DNA of 64,000 bases from assembly GCA_964447605.1 (NCBI GenBank), contig CAYUTA010000006.1:6118-70117 (forward strand), read 5' to 3'. How positions within the stretch are numbered: the stretch's first letter is position 1; each line of letters opens with the position of its first letter. The notes beneath the pieces are model-generated. The model saw only the letters and a list, made by a program, of their open reading frames with translations, was not told where the DNA came from and did not search any database. A program made the position numbers and the translations under genes. The DNA is from an uncultured Oscillospiraceae bacterium. GTDB lineage: Bacteria; Bacillota; Clostridia; Christensenellales; CAG-138. Shown one piece after another: positions 35,613 through 43,443 of this stretch.

Positions 35613-35976
35613 CGCCCGTCACCACCAGATAGATGCCAAACGCGATCACCACAACACCCGCGATCATGTTCCACGTCACCGCCTCCCGAAAGATCGCCAC
35701 GCCGAAAAGCATGCTCCAGAGCATACTCATGGCGCGGTTTGCGTAAGCCGTTGTCAGAGGCACGCGCTTTAAAAACTGCTGCCAGACCAGCGCGTATGCA
35801 CCGATGATACACAGCGCGCCAAAATACAGCCCAATCCACGGCCAGGACAGCATCGCATGCTGCGCGGCAAGCTTCATGAGCACCGAACTGGCTGAGAACA
35901 GCAGCACGCTGAGCTGTAAGGCCGCGATCAGCTTCCAGTCGGTTCGTTTTTTAGCCGTGCTGCGTTCCTGCTCCAC
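35602..35976 (-). CDS. small 4-TM EamA/SMR-like membrane protein (ArnE/ArnF-like flippase subunit)
   Basis: 124 aa with a GTG start at 35976, 9 nt after the GT2 stop. It has the same architecture as 35259..35612. Confidence 0.65.
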   Translation of the reverse strand: MEQERSTAKKRTDWKLIAALQLSVLLFSASSVLMKLAAQHAMLSWPWIGLYFGALCIIGAYALVWQQFLKRVPLTTAYANRAMSMLWSMLFGVAIFREAVTWNMIAGVVVIAFGIYLVVTGDGE

Positions 35977-35984
35977 GCGCGCCG

Positions 35985-36959
35985 TTACGCCTCCCCGCCG
36001 CTTTTTTCCTGGAAATCCGGCAAGCGCCCCATATATACGCTGCGGACGACATATTGCGGCGATTTATTGATGCTGATGTAGATGCGGCCGACGTACTCGC
36101 CCACCAGCCCGAGCATGAGCATGAGCATGCCGCCGACAAACAGCACCACCGCCATCGTGGAAGAGTAGCCCGCGAGGATGTTTTCCGGGTTTATGACTTT
36201 GCGCAGCACCGTGACAAAGCCCCAGACAAACCCGGCAACCGCAGTAAAAAAACCCACCAGCGTGGCGATGCGCAGCGGCTTGACCGAAAACGCCGTAAAC
36301 CCGTTCATCCACAGCGCGATCAGCTTTTTAAACGTATACGTCGTGCTGCCGGCGATGCGCGCGCGCTCCTCCATCTCCACGTTGACAATGCGGCTGGTCG
36401 TACGCAGCAACAGGCCGGTTAAATAGGGGTACGGGTTGGTGTAGTGCAAAATCTCGTCCACCACGTAGCGCCGGATGGCGATAAAATTGGAAAACTGCAG
36501 CTCGCGCGGCTTCTCGAGCATGATCTCGGTCATGCGGGCGTTGATGCGGCTGCCAAAGTTTTTAAACCAGCTCTGCTTCTTCTCCGGATATTGGGCAATG
36601 GCCACGTCGCATCCGTCCGCAATGGGCCTGAGCAGGTCCATGATGCGGTCCATCGGGCACTGGCCGTCGTCGTCGAGAACGACCATCACGTCGCCGCCGG
36701 ACCGGGAAAGGCCCGCCATGACCGCGGGGATGCGCGTCATGTTCTTGGCCAGATCGACCGCGCATACGGCCGGATACCTGTCGCACAGGTCCATCAGCAC
36801 GCCCCACACGCCGTCCGGCGAGCAGTCGTTGACGCAGATGATCTCATAGTCCGCAATGCCGTTTTTGTCCATCTCGGCCACAATTTCATCGACCACGGCG
36901 GTCACGGTCTTTTCACTGCCATAGCAGGGAATGACAAAGCTCAGTTTATAGTTGTTCAT
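35985..36959 (-). CDS. GT2 polyprenyl-phosphate glycosyltransferase (GtrB/ArnC/CsbB-like)
   Basis: Motifs: FVIPCYGSEKT, NDCSPDG and VVLDDDGQ (DxD). Two C-terminal TM helices are typical of lipid-carrier-charging GT2 enzymes. The start forms an ATGA overlap with the WbqC gene stop. Confidence 0.85.
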   Translation of the reverse strand: MNNYKLSFVIPCYGSEKTVTAVVDEIVAEMDKNGIADYEIICVNDCSPDGVWGVLMDLCDRYPAVCAVDLAKNMTRIPAVMAGLSRSGGDVMVVLDDDGQCPMDRIMDLLRPIADGCDVAIAQYPEKKQSWFKNFGSRINARMTEIMLEKPRELQFSNFIAIRRYVVDEILHYTNPYPYLTGLLLRTTSRIVNVEMEERARIAGSTTYTFKKLIALWMNGFTAFSVKPLRIATLVGFFTAVAGFVWGFVTVLRKVINPENILAGYSSTMAVVLFVGGMLMLMLGLVGEYVGRIYISINKSPQYVVRSVYMGRLPDFQEKSGGEA

Positions 36960-37651
36960 GCCTGTCTCCAGTTCCAGATATAGTATGGCGCCTCGTCGCC
37001 GGTATTGAACAGCAGGTCAAGCACCGATACGCCGTGCTCAAACGCGCCGTTATGCCGCTGCGGATAGGCCGGGTATCCGCCGTAATCCTTCCAGACAAGC
37101 TCGATACCGGCCCGCTCATAATCCCCAGCCTGAATATAATCCCTGGCCGCGGGGCCGCTGACGTACCGCGTCGCGCCCGCCGCTTGCAGCATGGAGAGCA
37201 GCTTTTCGTGCTTTGCGCCGTGGGTTGCAAAGTCGCGGCTGTCGGCAAATTTTGTGGAGATGCCGAGGTAATCCAGGCTGATGCGCTCGATGAGATACCG
37301 GTTCAGCTCAAAAAGATAGTCCCACCTGCGCGCAAGGTACACATGCTCGAGAAATGCCCGGTATTTTTCAAAGTACGGCGCGCGGCGGTAGCTTGCCAGG
37401 AGCATATCGTAATGCTTCTTCTGCCAGGACCTGTCCGTCATGCGCACGTCCAGAATCAGCCGGTGCTCGTCGGTCCCCACCGGGATGGTCAGCCATTTTA
37501 CGCCGCCCTCGGTCACGATGCGGTTGCGGTTGCGCCAGTCGTTTTTGGTGTACTGCAAATCGTCGTGGAAAATGAACAGCTCCACGTCGTGAATGATATC
37601 AAAATACCCCTTCCACGGGATATAGTTGCTCTGCAGCACCGCGACGTTCAT
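36956..37651 (-). CDS. WbqC-family protein
   Basis: MNVAVLQSNYIPWKGYFDII..DDLQYTKNDWRNRNRI..WLTIPV..W..KH..APYF matches the WbqC-like family pattern as I recall it. Confidence 0.8.
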   Translation of the reverse strand: MNVAVLQSNYIPWKGYFDIIHDVELFIFHDDLQYTKNDWRNRNRIVTEGGVKWLTIPVGTDEHRLILDVRMTDRSWQKKHYDMLLASYRRAPYFEKYRAFLEHVYLARRWDYLFELNRYLIERISLDYLGISTKFADSRDFATHGAKHEKLLSMLQAAGATRYVSGPAARDYIQAGDYERAGIELVWKDYGGYPAYPQRHNGAFEHGVSVLDLLFNTGDEAPYYIWNWRQA

Positions 37652-37708
37652 ACCAGCGCCTCCCGGGCGGCATGCGCTTTCCGCCCATAAGAATTTATCC
37701 TATTATAC

Positions 37709-39283
37709 ATGATAAGGCGGATGTTTGCAATTTTGCGTTTCCATGCTATCATAATCGTTATGGAACGCGCTGCAAACTACCGAAAAATTGAGATCGATAC
37801 ACGGCATGTCGACGTGCTCGACGGAATCCGCGCGCTGTCGATCGGGTTGATTTTCTGGTTCCACCTCTGGCAGCAGAGTTGGCTGATGCCTTACTGGCAT
37901 ACGCCGCAGTGGCTCATATCGCTTGGGTTGCCAAGCGTCGTCAGCTTCGATTTTTTGCCCCGCAGCGGCTTTTTGTTTGTGGATATGATGCTGCTGATTT
38001 CCGCGTTCTGCCTGTTTCTTCCGCATGCCCGCGCCCTTTTTTGCGGCGAACCCGTACCCGCCGCAAAGCAGTTTTACAAAAAACGACTTGTCCGCATCGT
38101 GCCGCCGTATTACCTGAGCGTATTGCTGATCTTCTCTCTTGTCGCGCTGCCGTCCGGCGCGTATGCAAGCGGCCGGGAAATGCGCGTCGATTTGCTGTCC
38201 ACGCTCACTTTTACACAGACCTTTGTACCGGGCGTTCTGCTTTCCACCAAGCTCAACGGCGTGCTTTGGACGGCTGCCATTGAGATGCAATTCTATCTGC
38301 TGTTCCCGCTGCTGGCAAGCTGCTTCCGCAAGCAGCCAGCGATCACCTATGTCGGTATGGTCGCCGTCTCGATGGCGTATCTGCACCTGTTTGCGCTTGG
38401 CGACCCGGACAAGCTGCGCGTGACGCTCAACCAGCTCCCAGGTTTTTTCGGCGTTTTTGCCAACGGCATGCTCGCTGCATACGGGTTCGTCTGGCTTTCC
38501 ACGCGAACGGGCCGCAAAAAATGGATCGCCGCGCTGTCCACGGCGGTTGCCCTTTTTTGCCTGTATTGGATTTCATGCATGCAGAAGGTCGCGCCCGCCG
38601 TCAGCCCCGTGCAGATCTGGCAGGCTTCCAACCGCTATACGCTGTCTCTTGCGTTTGCGCTGCTGGTCTTTTCCTCCGCGCTTGCGGCGCGGTGGTTCCG
38701 TTTTTTACTGAGCAACCGCGTGATGGCGTTTTTTGCCGCCATATCCTATAACGTATACATCTGGCATCAATGGCTGGCCGTTCAGCTCAAGCAGTGGCGC
38801 ATCCCCTATTGGGCGGGCGAACAGGCGCCCAACTTCACCGGCGACAAGGCCTGGCAATGGACGTACACGCTCGTTGTCATCGGCGCGACGCTTCTCACGG
38901 CCACGCTTTTAACCCATCTGTTTGAGCGCCCGGTTGCCCGCCGCCTGCTCGCGCTCAGGCGGCCTGCTCTCTTTGATAAGCGGACGGTACAAGAAGCTTC
39001 CGCTGCGATGGAAGAAAGGAACTCCGGCATGCACCACGAATTCATCCCCGAGGGCGTTTGCTCGAAAAAAATCACGTTCGACCTGACCGATGACGGCAAG
39101 CTTTCCAACGTTGCGTTTATCGGCGGCTGCGACGGTAATCTCAAAACCATCGGCAAGTTGGTTGAGGGCAAAGACGCCGAACAGATTGCGGCCATGCTCA
39201 AAGGCACCTCCTGCGACGGCGGCGACACCTCCTGCGCCGACCAGTTTGCGCGGGCGATTGAGGAGGCCGCCTCGCAAAAATAG
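37709..39283 (+). CDS. AT3-family membrane acyltransferase with in-frame C-terminal TIGR03905/TSCPD-like 4-Cys module
   Basis: AT3 N-terminal motif RHVDVLDGIRALSIGLIFWFH, followed by about 10 TM segments. The last 84 codons form a separate soluble module. The start may instead be ATG 37760 (MERAANYRK). Confidence 0.75.
   Translation: MIRRMFAILRFHAIIIVMERAANYRKIEIDTRHVDVLDGIRALSIGLIFWFHLWQQSWLMPYWHTPQWLISLGLPSVVSFDFLPRSGFLFVDMMLLISAFCLFLPHARALFCGEPVPAAKQFYKKRLVRIVPPYYLSVLLIFSLVALPSGAYASGREMRVDLLSTLTFTQTFVPGVLLSTKLNGVLWTAAIEMQFYLLFPLLASCFRKQPAITYVGMVAVSMAYLHLFALGDPDKLRVTLNQLPGFFGVFANGMLAAYGFVWLSTRTGRKKWIAALSTAVALFCLYWISCMQKVAPAVSPVQIWQASNRYTLSLAFALLVFSSALAARWFRFLLSNRVMAFFAAISYNVYIWHQWLAVQLKQWRIPYWAGEQAPNFTGDKAWQWTYTLVVIGATLLTATLLTHLFERPVARRLLALRRPALFDKRTVQEASAAMEERNSGMHHEFIPEGVCSKKITFDLTDDGKLSNVAFIGGCDGNLKTIGKLVEGKDAEQIAAMLKGTSCDGGDTSCADQFARAIEEAASQK
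39029..39283 (+). other. TIGR03905/TSCPD-like module (possible independent internal start)
   Basis: MHHEFIPEGVCSKKITFDLTDDGKLSNVAFIGGCDGNLKTIGKLVEGKDAEQIAAMLKGTSCDGGDTSCADQ. This module normally occurs as a stand-alone protein of about 80 aa. An AAAGGAA sequence lies 8 nt upstream of its ATG. Confidence 0.5.
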
Positions 39284-39555
39284 CGGCGGACGGCCCAACG
39301 CTCAATGTCCTTTGCAATTCATACCCCATCACGGCCTTACGGCGGATGCGCGGGACTGCGTTGGAAAATAACGTTTTTGATTTTTATACATTTGGTCATT
39401 TGTTTGAAAACGGCATGCGCCGCCTTTCCATTTTTTGTTTGCTTCCAAATCTGTTTTTCGTTTCCAAAGTTGTTTCAATTCCGTAAACACGAACGTTCGT
39501 TTGCTAATTTTTGTGTCGATTCATGTTAGGTTTGAGCGCAAGGAGGTGTTGCTTC

Positions 39556-40437
39556 ATGCGACCAAGCTGGAAACGAACAACGATTCTGCTCGTCTGCCTC
39601 TGCGCGGTGCTCCTGTTGCCCGCGCTCGCGTCGGCGGCCGGACAGAGCGGCACGATCACGGGCAACAAGGTCAATCTTCGGACCGGTCCGGGCACGCAGT
39701 ACAGCCGCATCGCCTATCTATATAAAGGCGATCCGGTTGCCGTTACGGGCGGCAAGAACGGCTGGTATGCCGTCAGCAGCAACGGCGCGGAGGGCTATGT
39801 CCATTCCGACTACGTACAGGTGCGCGCGGCGGGCGGCTCCGGCAGCACGGCGGGTTCGCCGGACAGCAGCGTGATGAAGCGCGGCAGCACGGGCGGCAAT
39901 GTCAGGCAGCTGCAGGGCAACCTGATTATGCTCGGCTATCTCAACAGCCGCGCAGACGGCTTCTTTGGCGGCGGAACCGAAGCGGCCGTAAAAAAATATC
40001 AGTCCCGCAACGGCCTGTCTGCCGACGGCGTCGCCGGCAAAGCGACCGTCAGCGCCGTGGGCGGCGAGGTGCTGCGCATCCTCAATACCGTGAATGCAGC
40101 AAAGAAACACCTTGGTCTTGCCTATGCTTACGGCGGCTCCAGCCCCTCGACCGGATTCGACTGCTCCGGTTTGACGCAGTATGCGTTTGCCAAAGCCGGC
40201 ATGTCCATCCCGCGGGTCAGCTATGAGCAGGCGGCGGCGGGCATCTCCGTGCCGCGTTCGCAGCTACGCACAGGCGACCTGGTGGCGTTCAACAGCCCGG
40301 TCTCTCACGTGGGTATCTATGTCGGCAACGGCAAGTTCATCCACTCGCCGAAGCCCGGCGACGTGGTCAAGCTGACCAATTTATCCGCCATGAACCTCAC
40401 GGCCATCCGCCGGTTTACCGGAAAGCTGGCGTCATAA
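39556..40437 (+). CDS. secreted cell-wall hydrolase: SH3-like + peptidoglycan-binding + NlpC/P60 (C40) domains
   Basis: ATG 39556 with an AAGGAGG RBS. Signal peptide LLVCLCAVLLLPALASAAG. Domain blocks: SH3b-like (VNLRTGPGTQY), PG_binding_1 (VRQLQGNLIMLGY..DGFFG) and the NlpC/P60 core (GFDCSGLTQYAF..HVGIYVGNGKFIHSP). Confidence 0.88.
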   Translation: MRPSWKRTTILLVCLCAVLLLPALASAAGQSGTITGNKVNLRTGPGTQYSRIAYLYKGDPVAVTGGKNGWYAVSSNGAEGYVHSDYVQVRAAGGSGSTAGSPDSSVMKRGSTGGNVRQLQGNLIMLGYLNSRADGFFGGGTEAAVKKYQSRNGLSADGVAGKATVSAVGGEVLRILNTVNAAKKHLGLAYAYGGSSPSTGFDCSGLTQYAFAKAGMSIPRVSYEQAAAGISVPRSQLRTGDLVAFNSPVSHVGIYVGNGKFIHSPKPGDVVKLTNLSAMNLTAIRRFTGKLAS

Positions 40438-40831
40438 GCCGGCGGCAGGCCGCAACAAACGTTGTTTTTGGCGGGCATGCTGCTCGCTCGCCCTCGCGCC
40501 CATGCGCTCCCGGGCGGCGAACCGCCAAAGGTGTGGGCGGCGGACGCGCCAGCCGCCGCTGCCCACGATTGATATTTTTTTCCGAAATATAAGAGCGTAT
40601 TTCATTGAAGCTGCTTTGGTAATCCTGGCCGGACTGCGCCGCCCTGCGTGCATACCGCCGGTTCCGGCAGGCTCCCCCCATATCTTCGCCCGACCGCGTC
40701 TTCGGGGAACGCGTAAATCCACCGCAGCCTGTGAAGAAACCGCTCCCCTGCCGCATTGGTATATTTTTGCAAAGAACCATTTCCATAATAAGAAAATTCT
40801 GAAAACAATCCGCAAAGGCGGTCAGCTTTGC

Positions 40832-40860
40832 TTGTCAGCGCATATATATTTTGGTATCAT
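40832..40860 (+). promoter_or_regulatory. candidate promoter of ftsW-murA-ftsQ
   Basis: TTGTCA (40832-40837), 17-nt spacer, TGgTATCAT (-10 hexamer at 40855-40860), 55 nt upstream of the ftsW-like ATG. Confidence 0.45.
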
Positions 40861-40914
40861 ACAAGCTGCCTGAAATGGGGGGCTTGACTTTAACGGCTAA
40901 GAAACGGAGCGTCA

Positions 40915-42042
40915 ATGGCGGGTCGCGCACGGATGAAAAACAAAATAATGCGCGGTCATCTGGACTGGCCGATCCTCGTAGCGATTGCCCTGCTGTGCGC
41001 ATTCGGTCTGGTTATGGTGTTTTCCGCCAGCTATTATTATGCGCAGAACACCGCGTCGGTAGGAAACGACGGTTACTATTATATCCGCAAGCAGGCCGTG
41101 TACCTGATCATCGGCTTCCCGATGATGATCCTGATCTCGCTGATGAACTACAAAAAGCTGGAGCAGTTCAAGGTTGTCGCCATACTCGTGTCCATTGCGC
41201 TGCTGGTCGCGGTGCTGATTTTTGGGCAGGAGACCAACGGCGCAAAGCGCTGGATCGTGATTGGCGGTCAAAGCGTCCAGCCGTCCGAGATCGCAAAATT
41301 CGGCATGATGCTTTACATGTGCTCGTTTATGAGCAAGAAGCATGCCGTTATGCGCAGCTTTTCCAAGGGCATGCTGCCGATGCTTCTGGTCATCGGCGTG
41401 ATTTGCGGCCTGGTCATGCTCCAGCCCAACATGTCCATGGCCGTTATCATGGGCCTGATGGGCTATGCGTTGCTGTTCGTCGGCGGCTGCGACACCAAGC
41501 AGATGCTGTTGCTGGCCGTTGCGCTGGTGGCCATGTTCGGTTTGCTTGCCGTGATCGAGCCTTACCGCATGGCGCGTTTGACTTCGTTTACCAACCCGTG
41601 GGCGGATCCGCTTGGCGACGGATACCAGCTCATCCAGTCCTACTATGCGCTCGGGGCAGGCGGCCTGTTCGGCGTGGGACTCAACAACAGCAAGCAAAAG
41701 CTGCTGTACATGACCTACGGCGAGTCGGACTTTATCTTTGCCATCGTATGCGAGGAGCTGGGCCTCGTCGGCGGTCTTGCCGTAATCGCGGCCTACGGTT
41801 TCATCATCTACCGCGGCGTCCGCATTGCGCTGCGCTGCCGCGACCGCTTTGGCAGCCTGCTTGCCGCGGGCATCACGGTTGTTTTCGGCGTGCAGGTGTT
41901 TGTTAACATCGGCGTTTGCACGGGCCTGTTGCCTACGACCGGCCAGGCGCTTCCGTTCATCAGCGCAGGCGGATCGTCCATGATGATCTTCCTTGCCGCC
42001 ATGGGCGTGCTGCTGAGCATATCGCGCACGACCAACACCTGA
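40915..42042 (+). CDS. ftsW: SEDS-family protein (FtsW/RodA/SpoVE)
   Basis: 375 aa with 10 TM segments. Blocks: QPSEIAKF, GYQLIQSYYALGAGGLFGVGLG-like and LPFISAGGSSM. The symbol is tentative; rodA or spoVE is possible. Confidence 0.85.
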   Translation: MAGRARMKNKIMRGHLDWPILVAIALLCAFGLVMVFSASYYYAQNTASVGNDGYYYIRKQAVYLIIGFPMMILISLMNYKKLEQFKVVAILVSIALLVAVLIFGQETNGAKRWIVIGGQSVQPSEIAKFGMMLYMCSFMSKKHAVMRSFSKGMLPMLLVIGVICGLVMLQPNMSMAVIMGLMGYALLFVGGCDTKQMLLLAVALVAMFGLLAVIEPYRMARLTSFTNPWADPLGDGYQLIQSYYALGAGGLFGVGLNNSKQKLLYMTYGESDFIFAIVCEELGLVGGLAVIAAYGFIIYRGVRIALRCRDRFGSLLAAGITVVFGVQVFVNIGVCTGLLPTTGQALPFISAGGSSMMIFLAAMGVLLSISRTTNT

Positions 42043-42173
42043 AGCCGCGTTTTTGCGGTGTGTGCGCGCCCATAATTCCGCCTCAGGGGGCGCTTTGGCG
42101 CAATGCGCCGAAATTTGCCGGAACATTCCGATGCGGGGACGCATACAATGCTATGTGCGTTGGAGGTGTTCTG

Positions 42174-43433
42174 TTGGCAAAGCTCATTGTTACGGGCGGA
42201 GTCCCGCTATCCGGCAGTTGCCGTGTTAGCGGGGCAAAAAATGCCGTACTGCCAATTCTGGCCGCATGCGTATTGACCAGGCGGCCGGTGCGGCTCAACG
42301 ATTGCCCGCAGTTGACGGACGTCGACAACATGGCGGACATTTTACGTACGTTGGGGTGCAGGGTGGAGCGCTGCGGTACATCGCTCCAGGTAGACGCGCG
42401 CGATGCTTCCAGCTATGAGCTGCCGGAGCATTTAAGCAAGGAGCTGCGCTCGTCGATTTTTCTGCTTGGCCCGGTGCTCAGCCGGTTCGGGCACGCGGTG
42501 GTCACCTATCCCGGCGGATGCGAAATCGGCAACCGCCCCATCGACCTGCACCTGCGCGGCTTGCAGCAGCTTGGCGTGCAGATCCGCGAGGAGGGCGGCC
42601 GCATTCACTGCGACGGACGCAGGCTGACCGCAGCGGATATCCATCTGGACTATCCGAGCGTAGGCGCCACGGAAAACATCATGATGGCGGCCGTCGCGGC
42701 GCAGGGCGAGACGATCATCCGCAACGCGGCGCGCGAGCCGGAGATTGTTGACCTGCAGAATTTTTTAAACGCCGCGGGCTTTTATGTGCTCGGTGCAGGC
42801 ACATCGACGGTGGTGGTCCAGGGCGGCTGCGCGCCGCGCGAGGTGGATTATACGGTTATGCCGGACCGCATCGTGGCGGGAACACTGCTGGTCGCGGGCG
42901 CAATTACCGGTGGAAGAATTACGGTGGAAAACGCGGTTGCCGACGATATGGCAGGCATCCTTGCCAAGCTGACGGAGTGTGGTTGCGGGCTGGAGATTCA
43001 TCAAAGGACGATTTCGCTGGCTGCGTCCGAACGTGTGCGTGAGATCAAGCTGGTTGAGACGCTGCCGCATCCGGGTTTTCCAACCGATATGCAGGCGCAG
43101 ATTTTTGCCCTGTGCACCGTATCGGACGGAACCAGCGTGATCGTTGAAAACGTGTTTGAAAACCGCTTCAAACACGCGCAGGAGCTGACGCGCATGGGCG
43201 CGAGCAGCACCGTCAAGGGCCGAACGGCGGTCATCCGCGGCGTGCCGCGGCTTCGTGGCGCGGCCGTAATGGCGCACGACCTGCGCGGCGGGGCGGCCAT
43301 GGTGCTGGCCGGGCTCAACGCAGAGGGAGTGACCACTGTGGAAAACTGCAGGCATATTGACCGCGGTTACGAGCGGCTCGAGCATATGCTCGGCGCGCTG
43401 GGTGCGCGCATTACACGAGAGGAATCGACGTAA
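42174..43433 (+). CDS. murA: UDP-N-acetylglucosamine 1-carboxyvinyltransferase
   Basis: TTG start at 42174, 5 nt after GGAGGTG; the longer ORF 41916.. overlaps ftsW. Motifs: LAKLIVTGGVPLSGSCRVSGAKNAVLPILAA, GGCEIGNRPIDLH and FPTDMQAQ. Confidence 0.9.
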   Translation: MAKLIVTGGVPLSGSCRVSGAKNAVLPILAACVLTRRPVRLNDCPQLTDVDNMADILRTLGCRVERCGTSLQVDARDASSYELPEHLSKELRSSIFLLGPVLSRFGHAVVTYPGGCEIGNRPIDLHLRGLQQLGVQIREEGGRIHCDGRRLTAADIHLDYPSVGATENIMMAAVAAQGETIIRNAAREPEIVDLQNFLNAAGFYVLGAGTSTVVVQGGCAPREVDYTVMPDRIVAGTLLVAGAITGGRITVENAVADDMAGILAKLTECGCGLEIHQRTISLAASERVREIKLVETLPHPGFPTDMQAQIFALCTVSDGTSVIVENVFENRFKHAQELTRMGASSTVKGRTAVIRGVPRLRGAAVMAHDLRGGAAMVLAGLNAEGVTTVENCRHIDRGYERLEHMLGALGARITREEST

Positions 43434-43443
43434 CGGACGAAAT

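Noticed and set aside
40438-40831. About 390-nt GC-rich gap between the NlpC/P60 gene and ftsW with three overlapping ORFs (40415..40786, 40432..40815, 40502..40873); checked for a c-di-AMP (ydaO-type) riboswitch or a pseudogene
   Set aside because: All three ORFs overlap each other in different frames with noise-like composition. No ydaO-like conserved blocks were recognised. No frame gives a recognisable protein relic.
40912-42144. 410-aa minus-strand ORF antisense to ftsW (also 42765..43580 antisense to murA; 47280..48608 and 46601..47506 antisense to transketolase)
   Set aside because: The opposite-strand genes carry textbook motifs. These ORFs have shadow-ORF composition.
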